Assembly: GCA_963924565.1 (NCBI GenBank)
Contig: OZ004607.1
Location: 30,318,001-30,382,000, forward strand
Source: Ascidiella aspersa
Lineage: Eukaryota
Reading direction: 5' to 3'
DNA: 64,000 nt
The notes beneath the pieces are model-generated. The model was not told the DNA's origin, made no database searches, and saw nothing but the letters and a program-made list of their open reading frames with translations. Positions 24,401 through 35,670 of this stretch are shown piece after piece. Made by a program: the position numbers and the translations under genes. Within the stretch, counting starts at the first letter, position 1. Each line of letters opens with the position of its first letter.

Positions 24401-24487
24401 GCTGCTGGCGTTACTGCTGTTAGTGTTGGTGTTATTTCTAGGCGAGTCGTGATGTGCGAGTTCGCTGCCCGGCGCGACCTGGTCCAT
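438..24487 (-). CDS. ASH1L: ASH1/ASH1L histone H3K36 methyltransferase, multi-exon, 3' end outside window
   Basis: 15 GT-AG exons join in consistent phase (2395 codons). ASH1-type motifs: [51 protein letters not shown] ([16 protein letters not shown]), post-SET ([10 protein letters not shown]), [19 protein letters not shown]. Confidence 0.95.
2106..2154 (-). CDS. ASH1L: ASH1L small exon ([16 protein letters not shown])
   Basis: TTTCAG|GTT...AAG|GTGAGA; 49 nt, open frame, phase 0 to 1. Confidence 0.7.
2414..2533 (-). CDS. ASH1L: ASH1L exon after post-SET (not in the supplied ORF track)
   Basis: TTTCTAG|GGC...TTG|GTAAGC; [21 protein letters not shown] resembles the vertebrate [20 protein letters not shown]. 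Confidence 0.9.
2936..3104 (-). CDS. ASH1L: ASH1L exon, post-SET
   Basis: ACACAG|G...TGC|GTGAGT; [16 protein letters not shown]. Confidence 0.93.
4519..4832. repeat. Near-tandem direct duplication, ~135-bp unit
   Basis: CAGCAGCCTGCCAAATGGCT...CACTAAGTAG at ~4519 and ~4697. Confidence 0.9.
4967..5039. mobile_element. Small palindromic MITE-like element
   Basis: GTAGAATGAATATCAAAG...CTTTGATATTCATTCTAC; shares TTCTGT(G/A)TGGGCTTTGATATTC with 23234-23463. Confidence 0.65.
5100..5249 (-). CDS. ASH1L: ASH1L exon, SET C-terminus and autoinhibitory loop
   Basis: TTCAG|C...CG|GTAAGA; [11 protein letters not shown]...[21 protein letters not shown]. Confidence 0.95.
6506..6674 (-). CDS. ASH1L: ASH1L exon, SET domain
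   Basis: CTACAG|GC...AG|GTTAGA; [11 protein letters not shown]...[15 protein letters not shown]. Confidence 0.95.
7289..7395 (-). CDS. ASH1L: ASH1L exon, AWS end and SET start
   Basis: TCCAG|G...G|GTAATT; CGNRSIQ...[15 protein letters not shown]. Confidence 0.95.
8972..9152 (-). CDS. ASH1L: ASH1L exon, AWS domain
   Basis: CACAG|AC...AT|GTAAGA; CVCK...[22 protein letters not shown]. Confidence 0.95.
10771..10964 (-). CDS. ASH1L: ASH1L exon with MRG15-binding FQLP motif
   Basis: CTCCAG|C...A|GTGAGT; [17 protein letters not shown]. Confidence 0.95.
12348..13017. repeat. Intronic simple repeat, mainly (AACCAACCA)n with AACC and AACCC variants
   Basis: Directly visible ~670-bp array; explains the WLV/GWF/GLV pseudo-ORFs. 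Confidence 0.99.
13693..13782 (-). CDS. ASH1L: ASH1L exon ([15 protein letters not shown])
   Basis: CCGCAG|G...AG|GTAAGC; resembles the ASH1-family K..GLYS..YK block. Confidence 0.9.
14662..14816 (-). CDS. ASH1L: ASH1L exon (VQRSSGG...CDLLG)
   Basis: GTATAG|GTC...GG|GTAAGT; 155 nt, phase 0 to 2. Confidence 0.85.
15464..15754. mobile_element. Two adjacent small TIR elements (15464-15549 and 15566-15754)
   Basis: GGCTATTTACCCGGCT...AGCCGGGTAAATAGCC plus a degenerate sister pair; no clear TSD. Confidence 0.6.
15788..20428 (-). CDS. ASH1L: ASH1L giant exon (4641 nt) with AT-hook motifs
   Basis: TTTTAG|GCG...AAC|GTGAGT; 1547 open codons; [23 protein letters not shown]; [11 protein letters not shown] block. 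Confidence 0.95.
21684..22342 (-). CDS. ASH1L: ASH1L coding exon 3 (Q/N/G-rich)
   Basis: CAACAG|CC...AAG|GTAGGC; 659 nt, phase 1 to 0, open frame. Confidence 0.85.
22897..23107 (-). CDS. ASH1L: ASH1L coding exon 2 (His/Ser/Glu-rich)
   Basis: TTTCAG|GAC...CAAT|GTAAGG; 211 nt, phase 0 to 1, matches both neighbours. Confidence 0.8.
23234..23463. mobile_element. Foldback MITE-like element, same family as 4967-5039
   Basis: Long imperfect inverted arms: AAGCCCATACAGAAGT/ACTTCTGTATGGGCTT and GAATAACTCTTTATTCATTTTCAACAT with its complement. Confidence 0.75.
24224..24487 (-). CDS. ASH1L: ASH1L first coding exon (MDQVAPGS...EPQL); acceptor upstream at 24593
   Basis: GAC-ATG-G start, GC-rich codons, donor TTA|GTAAGT in phase 0, acceptor TTTTTCTCCAG. 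Confidence 0.75.
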
Positions 24488-24493
24488 GTCACG

Positions 24494-24574
24494 TCAGCGA
24501 CAAAGTGGGTGGGACGCCGACGCTTGCTGCTGCTGCTTCTGCTGATTCTGTGGTTTGGACAGGGACTGGGCCAT
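24494..24574 (-). promoter_or_regulatory. 26-codon uORF in frame with the ASH1L start
   Basis: GAG-ATG-G; MAQSLSKPQNQQKQQQQASASHPLCR-TGA-CGT-GAC-ATG. Confidence 0.7.
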
Positions 24575-27500
24575 CTCCTGAACTGGAAGCGATCTGGAGA
24601 AAAATAGACTTGGTTTAGGCGCCTTAATGCCGCTGTACTAAACACGACGTTATGTTTTGGCAATTTATAACACGCAATGTGCTTTGAAGATAGGTAAGTG
24701 TCTCAAATAGATGGCACGCTTTTTGATTATTGGACTTTTTTAACATGAAATTAAATAATGAACAAAAACTAGTGACTTTGATTAAAGCGACTTTCCAAAG
24801 AGCGGACTAACCAACCCTGGAGCCAACATTAGGTTTAAACTAAGGCAAAAGTCCAGCACGCGATCTCTCAAAAGCGATGCCACGCGAAATACCGAGAACC
24901 TGTTTAACACAATAACTAAATGGCTGTGTGTAGTAAGGCCTGACCTTTACATCACAAGCTGTCCACTAAAGGCAACTCTATGACGAATGATCCCGTCCCT
25001 GAACCCTCTAATTTAAAAAGCAAAATCGCAATGCGGTAAGCTGCTGACATTTAAAACCACTGGCTCAGTTAGTTTACAATGGGCCTGGAACACAATCAAT
25101 GCAGAAAAGCCACGGGCTCTCTTTTTTCTTTAAAGTTTTTAAACCTTGTTCTTTAGGAACGCTTTAAAACCGATTTTACCTCATTTGTGCATTATTAATA
25201 ACAATACAAATCAAAACATCGACCGTTAGCAAAAAGTAAACCTGCCTAACGTGCCATATTCTTACATAGTTTCGGAGGCAAAAACCCATTGAATACACCA
25301 CGCACTTCTACAATGCGTCAAGCCGACATAAAATAAGGCGTGGGTCGTAGATACACAAAGTACAGGATTCCTGCGAAGAAAGTCACTTGATATTCAACCC
25401 CACGGATTCGCGAGTTCCAGTTCTCCCATAAACAGCGAACTTCAGCACTTGTTAAATAACCTACACATACCTTCATAACATCCACCTCATAGCAGCGGCC
25501 TTGGGTCGAGTTTGGAGATTTCTTCTTAGCAGTAAATTTAAGGGTTATTGTCGGCCGTGAAACATATTTACACCAATCGATTTTAACTGCTGAAAAACAA
25601 AGGTGTACTTTATGACTTCATGTGGTAAAGCCGCAATATGTTAGCAAATGTTAATGATTTAACTGCTATGGTTTGTATTCTATGCACAGTTGCAACACGC
25701 TTTAGCCACCAACATATTTTCTCCATAGCTACCCAGCCCATTTCTTCACTACTGTTCTATCTGCCTTGCAATCGCATTCTTAACTAGTATGTAAACACTA
25801 AGCAATACTTCACTTCGCTTACTAAGACACTAACTTATTTAATCAGGTCGCGAAAGTGGAATGTAGGCAGTAATATACTATTGTTTTTTTTACATGACGC
25901 CTATTGCTACGCAACCTTACAAACCCATTTAGCCGCATACGAAAGCCTTTATTTAAATCGAGCACTGTGAAAAACAGGTGCTTATAGGCTTACTGTGGAG
26001 TGCCCTCGAAATCAAAGCCACGTTTAAAACACGGCTCTAAGCCTTCTGCTGTGTATTACACTGTGTTGCGTTGCGTTGCAGCACCGAACCGCTCGCTAGC
26101 TCTCGGCAGAAACCACAAAACAGACTCGGCACCGTCGCTCCTTATCAAAGCAAACCGCAGCAGATAAAAAGTACATTTTCCAACGTCTCGGCTCGGTAAA
26201 CAAGTTCGAGACCCCCCGGGGTTGCAACGTGTCTGCTGGAAGGGGACAAGTCGTCAAGACGAATTAAAAAATGCATAAATAAAAAACTGTTTTCTAATTT
26301 TTTTCTGATCCTCAGATGTTAATAGCTCGTTCATTATTTCTAATGACAAGGTACATAAATACAAGCTCTAACTTAACCAAGCGACCTGTCATAAGAGCAT
26401 TTCCATGACAAGAAAGGCTAGGTGCAGTATCATCAAAACTATCAAATCTACAGTACGTTCTAAACAGTTCGACCATAGTGTGCATTTGGGCAAGCCGAAC
26501 TGGCAAGGCGTAATATTTCTCTCTGACAAGCAGCAACAACTCGACCAAACTGCGGCATAACCTCGCGACTAAAAGATATGCCAGCGACATCGTAAAACCC
26601 CACGTGACTGTCGGGCATCGACAACAGAGCGCAAGGGCGGTCGGGTTTAACGACGCTCGTAAAGCAGCGTATTCGGTCAGTGCGCGTTGTATGTGCGCTC
26701 ACACTCGGAATGGTTGATCCCGACCGAATACTGTCGCTCGTTATGCTTAAAATTGCGCCACGACCGACACACAGCGCATTACGTAATCGAGATTAGATTT
26801 CGTGTTAAATGCCATTAGGAAGACGCAATGGCCGATACACTGCAACACTGTTGCGAGTTTTACGCAAGTTAGGGAAAACGAAAGGTCGATAAATGTCTGT
26901 CAGAAACTCATACCGAATTGACCGCTAAGCAGACATAAACTAAAAATACTCCCTGTTGACACTGGTTTAACATATTTTATGACAATCTTTCCGAGATTTT
27001 TTTAAACAAGTCACGTTTTTGTAAGAATCAATTAACTAAATCAACTATTTTATAAATCCTTCTCTAAAATACATAGAACGTAATCAAAAGCAAATGAAAT
27101 ATAACATCAAGCTAGTGACTGTTTTTAGGAAGTCTTTAAATCGCAGTAATCGCTGGTTAAATAGCACAAACTCAACAGCTTTCATTTAAAGTCTCGCAGC
27201 CTTATGGGGAAAAAGTACGACTTAGTTATTGCCAAGCGTAAACACAAACGCCGCGAAAGGTTATCAACAAGCGCCTCGGTTTGCAGCATGAGCACCATTA
27301 GCATCATCATATTGCCTTTTTCGGCAGGCCGGGCGAGCAATAAGGCCGGGTAACGGAATACGTTTGGGCGCGCGGTGGAAAGCGAAACGTTGCCACAATT
27401 AGGCCCTTGAACCCGTCTGACCGTGAGCGCTAAAAGTGAGAGTAGAAGGAGAAGGAGGGAGAAAGAGGAGTGGGGAGGAGGAATGAGGATCGAACCAGTG

Positions 27501-28597
27501 ACCTAGAATTACCTTTCGTCGTACACAAACGACAAAATAAGATCCCCGGCGTTAGCGTATGTTCTATTTGTTGCACTTAATTTATAACAGCGCAATCTGC
27601 TAAGAAAAACATTTTCACTTGAGCAATACAATTTACAACTGGATACTAGCAAAACTACGGGCAGCTCGACTTGATGACCGTAAAGGTTTTATCGCTGTCC
27701 TTGTGTTTTCCTTTATGCTATTGTTTTTTAATGTTGACAAAGAAGCACAAAAATAAATTGAATTTTGATTCTTAAAACACTTTTAATAGCCGGAATTGAC
27801 AAAAACTTAAGTGATTTGAGAACGGTGAATAGCGTTATTTTTCAGGATGGATACAACCTGTACCAATGCACTGTGAACACCTGCAATATCACCCCTACAA
27901 CAACCAAGCTTTACAATTTGTCGAACGTTAATTCCCAAACAATAATTTAGTATGAAAAAATAAATACAAGTATATTTACATCTATAAAATATCGCTCGTC
28001 AACAGCTGCGTTTTAAAAAATCATTCCAATAGATGAGTTGGCGAATTGATCAGTGTAAACGGCTGTCAAGTGCACGCGAATTACTGCATTGGGCCGTCAA
28101 TCCCTAGCGGGGACAGAAGAAGAGATGAAAATCTCTTCCGGGACGCGGTTCGCGCCGTTTTATCAAACAGTCCGTAATGCCATCCATGTCAAGTCGATTC
28201 TCCTGCCTATATAACGGCGCGCCATTAGCCTACCCGTTAGCATTAGCAGTGGTGGTGGGGAGACGAGAGAATAGGTTTTAATAAAAGGGACGGGGCCAAT
28301 CAATTTCGCCCCGCTAGGATCGATTGGGATGGAGTTCTGGCAACCGCTCGAATCCTGGAAACAAATCGATTCCTGCCTATTGCCAGTTGGTCGTACAGCT
28401 AGCATGTGGCGGATTGTCGGTTTTCGATCAATCCATCTGAAAACCTGGCGCGCTCTCTCGGCTTTTTTTGATACCAACTTACAGGAACGCAACATTGAAT
28501 AACTCGCTAAAATCAGGTGTTTTTATGTTGAGAACTAAAACTTGCATCACATAAACTCGAAACAGCTATAAAACGTTAAGGTAAATACAGTTTTGGC

Positions 28598-28945
28598 CAG
28601 TGCTGTAATGACTTGACTTAAGTGCACTTAAGTCACGGTTTTCAAATAACTTGACTTGACTCAAGTATTTTTGACAAATGACTTGGGTTGAAATATATCT
28701 TTTTCGTTTTAAAAATGAGTTATTTATCTTAAGTTTTGCACGTAAAACATTTTGTTTTTAAGTTTACAAATTTCAATAGTTTAACTTCAATTTTTGTGAC
28801 AAGAACTTGACTTAAAATTTACTTGCTCTAATTATATGGCTGGACTGCGACTTGGACTTGAACATGACCTGACTTGGACTCAAGTTTTTTCACAAATGAC
28901 TCGACTGCGACTTAAGTCATTTCAAAATGACTTGTTTTAACACTG
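28598..28945. mobile_element. hAT-type MITE with GACTT subterminal repeats
   Basis: CAGTG...CACTG termini, 8-bp TSD GTTTTGGC; related decayed copies near 39580-39675 and 57010-57140. Confidence 0.85.
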
Positions 28946-31900
28946 GTTTTGGCTGTTGAAACCACTAACCCCCAACAAGCCATGCCACCAAGTTAACAAT
29001 TGGTGCTGGTAACGGGAAGCATTTAAATGGCACAATTCGGGTGGTGTACAGAATATGAGGCAAAAACAAGTTGGCTAATAGCTTGCTGGCATTCCCACAA
29101 CACTCTCGCATTGTGTTTGTCGGTAACACAGCTCACATGCGTCGTTTTTACAAAACGTAGCGTCAACCACGGGCTCTCATTTTCGACCTAGGCTTGGTTG
29201 CATACTTGGGCGTCAAAAGCTGCTTTACTTGACGTATTATTTGCAACGAGGCCGAGATAAAAAGTGTTTACGCGGCGATTAAGCCACTCACGGAAGTAGC
29301 GAAAGGCCAAGGCGTACATTTCCTCGTATACAAGTAGCGTATTGACAGCTCTAACGACAGAGTTCGTATAAATTATTTTATTCTAAATTTTCTGACGAAA
29401 TTTTTTTGAACTTTACAAATCTTTAGTCCAGAGGTTTGCAACCTTTTCCGAGTAGAGCGACTGAACTCAACAAGAGGTCTTACGGGCCGAGTGCATATTA
29501 ACCAAGTTTTTTTTTACGTTTTAGGTATTTGAATAAACTCTGTACAATACAATCAATTCTACACATGACGAAAATATATTCGATTATATGCTAATCGTAC
29601 AGAAACAGTTGTTTAGAAGGCTAACCAATGCAGGAAAAATTAAATTTCCTTTACATGTTGGCACCTTCGAGACCTAAAAATGACAAAAAGAGTGCCGCGG
29701 CGCCCCGATTGTGAACCACTGCATTAGCGAGTGGTATAGATTGCCGACATCTCATTTATGCTTTTAACGTGTTCACCTGGTTATGTTAAAACTCGGCCAA
29801 CTACACTAAAGTATATGCAAACCAGATTCAACAGCACAACTGTTTAGTTAATTTTTAACACTTGGGACTGTGTCCGCAGTTTCTCAAACACACTTGTCTG
29901 GCACAAGTCTCTGGGGCATCAAATAATTCAAGGAATCTGTAGAATGTAATAAAGCCGACATTTTAATAGTGGGCAGATTAGCACCCTTCCAGACGCGTGG
30001 TTTGTATGGTGTCAGACAAAGTGCTTTTGGCCCTAAAATATAGAACCACTACTTAACGGCCTGGCACGCCACAAGAGGCGTCTTAACAAACGTATTTAAA
30101 AAAATCGAATGGAACTAATAAAAAGGTGTTTAACGATAGAAGCGGTTAGCGACTAAACCTGGATATTATGGAGACTTAAAAATACCGTGAGTGGCTCCAA
30201 AGCTTCCCAGCTTGACTCTATCTTTATGTTTCAAGTATCCTATGGACAACCACAAGGAGGCGAAAATTTGTGCAAATACCGAATGTAACCTAGGTGTCAA
30301 CAGAAAATGTAATAAGATAAGAAATAAAACTTTAAAGGTGAGGTGTAAAAGTGAGAAAAATCGTGTTTTATATTTGGATACTTAACCTATTACCGGGAAC
30401 ATGTGTAAGCAAACAAACGATTGGAAAGTTTACAAGGTTTCGTTTGTAGGGCTACTTTAAGGAATTTTTCGTCCTGTCTTTTGCATGAAGTACAAAAACG
30501 AAACGGAATTCGACAACACGAAAAATAAAAAAGGGTGTTCAGAAAACAATATTTTCAAGAAATCCTGTTTGTTTTGTGGTGAATACCGCATCTCTACTCT
30601 GACCAATGCGTATTTAAACAGGACGACTGGAACTGAAAGCAATATACAGTTATTCAGTAGTTTAAAAAAAGTTTCAAGCACAGACAACAATTGGTGCCTG
30701 GTCGCTATGCCAATTGGATATCGAACGGTTTCCAAAAATACACCGTCTTTCCGCACTAGAGAACCTCTTTAGCTTCTTGCAAGAATCGAGGATCTCATAA
30801 TGTTTGCAAACAAGAAAAATTTAAAAGAGATCATGTTGCAATACTACTCCCAACATTTTAATAAGTACTCATGCAAACTACTTGCTGTACACAAGCTGAC
30901 AAATATCTCATAAAACAGACTGCATGCTCGGCTGAGATAAGTGTTTCACGTATCTAATCGAAGAACTACCGGTCTGGAAAGGTAAAAAATCTCCGTCTAC
31001 ATTCTACAAACTTGAACAGTTGAACACACAAGCGGTCGCGCTGTTTCGATCAAGTGCGCGGGAGATACAAGGCCCGGAAAAGTCGAGCGAACAAACATTG
31101 CCAGACTCGTCGTCGACTTTGCCTGCCGGTCGAAGCCATTAACGGAGGCCGGCCTGTCTGTTTCTTCTCGCCGCAAAAATCTCCGACGTTTGCTTTTGCG
31201 CGTCGCTCGAACCACGAAGGCGGGAAAAGACTCGTGGCCGGATTTCGAGGGCCGATTTAAAAGCCGGCTCTATTTTAAGGGCCGCTTTGTTTGCGCTTGA
31301 GACGTGGGAAAATCGGAATAAGGAAGGGCAGTTTGGTATACGAAGCAGTTGTGTAAACTGATACTTATACATAAATTTCAAAGGATTTTGTAGTGTAGAA
31401 ATCTCCTTTAAAAGAGCTTTATTCAAACATTGATTGTGAATTTTTATTATTGCGAAAAATATATATTTCTAGATCAACAATTAATGATTTATTCGAATTT
31501 GTCTGCATAATTGGTGGTGCATTTTGCATAACTATAGTATTCTGCTCTATTTAAATAAATTGTTTTGGATCTTTTTATGCCATTTGTGGTTCTGTTTGAA
31601 TCTTACGATATAGATAAAAAAAAAAACGAAAAGTTCAGGGTTAGATCCGCACAATAAAAGTAATATTACCATGATAATTTTATCAACTACGGTATTTATA
31701 TTTCTGTTTTACATTAGAAATTTTCGTTTTTTTATCTGTTTTGTAAAACAACTCGATTTCCCTGAAAAAGAGCAGCAGGTGGTAATCGATCATGCGTTTG
31801 GAAAGTACTTTCTACTCCAGAGGTAACCACTTCGCGGAACCTTAAAATACACTTGTCGTAATGCGTCATATTTCTCGCTAGCACACAGACAAAGGACAAA

Positions 31901-32965
31901 AAAGTCGTGCAAATGGGCAACTTCAAAACAACAGGAGGGCCTGTTCATAACAGCTCTTTCAAAGGTATTACAAAGCCCTAAACCGAAAACATCACGTTTG
32001 CGGCACCGCAGTAAAAAGGCTTTTCGTTTTTTCGAGCCCAGAAAATATACGTGGTCGACGAGAATACATTTTCAGCTTTTCAAAAGCACGAAAAACGGCG
32101 CTCGATCGCACAACAACACAACAAACGCGTCGTTCGATCATCCGCGCGTCAAGGGTCGTCGCGTTTTCGCCAAGAGCCGCGTGAAAAGCGCTCACGGTTG
32201 TTTGGCGATTAAACTATCGCCTTTCATATAGGCGCGGCGGGCGACGAAACACCACGAACTTGGACGCACATTCCCCGTTTGCATATTGGGCGGCGGCTGG
32301 AGATTGGATTTCTTCAAGGTGCCTTGGGCGTTCGCGAAAAACAAGGTGTTTTTTGCCGAAAAAACGAGGCAAAAAGTGTTCTCACGGCCTTAACCGCTAA
32401 CCCTTTGGCGTCGGAGGGCTAGCACATGCGGATGGGGCTTGAACTGAAAAAAGGGGTTTGTTTGTCCCAAAAGGTCCGTGGTTTGCATACCAGAAAATCT
32501 TGCGCTAAGTTGTAAAGGGAATCAAACAATGAATTAAAATCCATTTCAGCTATACCATAAAACAAGATTTCTGACGTTTTAAACAATTTGAAAACTTTCT
32601 TGTCCAAAAAGCAGCAAGTATTTACGTCAATAGCCAAGTGAATACCTTACTCTATTTTTGAGACCAACATAGTTCACAATTCAGTGATTTTACAGTAAAA
32701 AAAAGGTTTTTACTTCAAACAATGTATCATTCATTGGAGCCAGCAACCATTTTATCACGTAGATCAAAGTTATCGAATAAAGTCCATGAATTAAACATTA
32801 TTGGTTACACATATTTTAAGCACCTTACATTAAATAGTCACTTGACAAAACACGGGTTTTACGCTGAGCGCATAAATGCAAACAGTGACGTATTCTGACG
32901 AACAACGCATCCTTTCAAAGTCGTAAAACTAGCGCGAATGCTAGCGACTCGGGGTTGCGGATGGA

Positions 32966-33177
32966 AAACAGGTTCACGTAACATTGAAGGGTAAATTACA
33001 CGGACACTTAATGGCCAGGTTCCCTTTCTGCGACCCTTGGTTGGGGTTTTTCGTCATTTTCTGCTTTCATGGCAGCATTAAACGAAGCTGGACTATTTTT
33101 CATTGAACTCATTTTGAAATTTGATGGTCGGGTAGAAAAAGGGGGAAGTAGGGAAGAAATGTGATTATTATTTAACT
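32966..33177. repeat. ~210-bp dispersed direct repeat, copy 1
   Basis: Aligns by eye end to end with 35403-35616; 35-bp identical core. Confidence 0.92.
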
Positions 33178-35351
33178 TTAGACAAGCGCCCAGGAGAACA
33201 AAAACGCGAGGTGGATAACGCATAATTAAATTGATTATTAAAATCAAGCATGGCCAAACTCTCTGTTGAGTTTAAGCCCCACAAAAAGTAGCCGTAACTA
33301 CACAAACTAAGCAGCAAACAGCATAGTCGAAAACTAATATCTGGGATGCATTTTACGATCAAAGAAGGTCAAGATCCAACTTGTATTCTTTCTGCTGACT
33401 AACGTCTTCAACCGCTAGATTGTAAATAGACCTTAAAAGTTTACGATAAGCTTTCGAAGCTATATATCCACGAAAACAGCGTCGCGAGTTCGTTTGATCT
33501 CGAAGCAAACGAGCGAGGGGTGATGGGTAAAGGGGTGAGGGTTTCGGGGTCGTTTTGTCGGTCCCCGTCGCGCCCCACTGAGCGTGAAAGCCAGCGACGT
33601 GAGCGGCCACTTTGGCCCGGTGTTGGGTGAGTCGTGGGTCCCACGAGGGGGGTTTTGTGGGGCAACGCGGTGTTTTTGTTGTTGTGTTTTTCGCGCCTAT
33701 TTTGTCATTGTACGGATCGGTTATCGCTCAGGGGGCGCGTAAACAAAATTGAACTTAACTTTTTGACAATTACATTCTTTCGGATGAAAAACGGATTTTT
33801 ATGAATGTGACTTTGGCCAATGATGGAAGTAGGTATTTTTTGGTCAAATTTTTTGGGTGTTCGATCTGCCTTGGCAAAGGAATAAAACAACACACGCATT
33901 TTATAATCAATTATAGATCCGCAAGTCGTAATACCGATAAATATTACCTTTGTGCGACAAAGAAGCGTTGATAGAACATAACCTCGCTGATCTAACAAAA
34001 ATTATGCAGATTTCGTATTCTTTTAACACCACAAAACAAAATGAAGTGTTTTTGTCTGGTCTGTTCCTAATAAATCGTTTCTCGAACTTTTTGTAGCAAG
34101 GAATCGATAAACAAACATTCTCGGATCCGGGTTGACTTGTTCAAATACTCGAACTTTCTCGTTCGCCAAGGCCGACGAAAAAGGAAAATACGAAAAAGAA
34201 CGAGAGGAGCGTATACAGCCAATATCACAGGAATCGCAATCGGGCCAAGTCGATTTTCGAGCGATTTGCGAGGAGCTTGAAAAACGTCCCGCCGCGTTTC
34301 GAGAGAAGGGCGACCCTCTCAGCTCGCTTGGAGTGCCCCTTGAGATGATTCGAAAATTCCGGAAAGCAAACATTTCGGTCTACCGACCAACAGGCGAGAA
34401 TTTGTTCGAGGTAACGGCATGCGCTTCATGTTGCTGAAAAACATACTTTGTTTTTTTTGGAAGGAAGGATATAGGTTTTCGATTGTTGTGCGGCTAGTAC
34501 CGACGAACAATCCATTGTGACCACCTGTCCCGAAAAGACCGTGCTGCAAAACAGGTGTCAACAACACAGAGTTGATAAAGAATTGTAAAGTTTGCATCGA
34601 ACCGTATAGAAAACGTCCAGGGAAAAGCAACATATATTTTACTTATGGCACGATACGGATATTGGCTATCATCATTTAGAAAAAGTCCTAAATACAAGCC
34701 TGGCTTTAACCGACTCATTAATGGTCAACTTTGCTGAGCGTAAAAACTCGTTCGTTTTTGGATTCAATCCTTACAACTTGGCTTCAGTAGTCGCTCCAAA
34801 CCGTATTACTTGTAAGAAAGGTTTTGCTTTCTAGTAGTTAAATCTTTGTCGGCCGTCTGAATCGTGTTAGCTGAAAATTGTGTTAAGCCTTCAGTGTTTA
34901 GTCAAAATTTTCGGCATTATTCCAATGTCTTTTGGAAGATTCAAAACTCGTATGTTAAGAGTTTTCTTGGCAGATCCAACAAGGAATACAACAGCAGGCA
35001 AATAAAAATGCCACCAAAGAAAGCCTCTTTTTTTGCATTTGAAAATCCGGCAAAACATGGAGGCGTGCAAAAGAACCGAAAATCGCACTTGACTCGACAA
35101 ATCGACACGAACAGCAGCCAAAAGACCAGCGCGCGCTTTGCACCGACCAGCAATCGAGGAAGCGACGTTCCTTGTGCCAAATACGCGCCCACGCATCGGC
35201 CCACCTATAGGCGCGCAAATGCGGCTCGTTTGTCGTCGATTTGAAGTGCGACGCTTCGAGGGGGTCCAAGTGCAGGATCGGGCACTGGCAAGGCAATGAC
35301 ACTCGACACCGACGGGTAGACACAAAAGCCCGCGAGTGTCGAAGAAGCGAC

Positions 35352-35670
35352 GAAAATAGAAGGTTCATTGTTTGCCTACGAGCGTACAAGCCTACGGCCA
35401 CCAAAAACAGGTTCACGTAACATTGGAGGGTAAGTTACGCGGAAACTTAATGGCCAGGTTCCCTTTCTGCGACCCTTGGCTGGTGTTTTTCGTTATTTTC
35501 TGCTTTCATGACTGCATTAAACGAAGCTGGGCGATTTTTTATTAAACTCACTTTAAAATCTGAAAGTCGGGTAGAAAAAGGGGAATTAAGGAAGAAAATA
35601 TGATTATTATTTAACTCACGAAAATAGAAGATCCATTCTGTGCCTACGAGCGCGCAAGCCTATGGCCGCC
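35352..35670. repeat. ~210-bp repeat copy 2 (35403-35616) flanked by ~50-bp direct repeats
   Basis: GAAAATAGAAG...TGCCTACGAGCG..CAAGCCTA.GGCC.CC on both sides. Confidence 0.9.

Noticed and set aside
438-24593. Non-canonical or transposon-derived (introner-type) introns
   Set aside because: Every traced intron is GT-AG, and the introns share no terminal repeat family.
27485-27512. tRNA-like GGTCACTGGTTCGATCC on the minus strand
   Set aside because: Only a T-arm/B-box-like piece; no acceptor stem, D-arm or anticodon arm.
32966-35616. LTR retrotransposon reading of the 210-bp direct repeats
   Set aside because: No TG..CA ends, primer-binding site, short TSD or gag/pol remnants seen.
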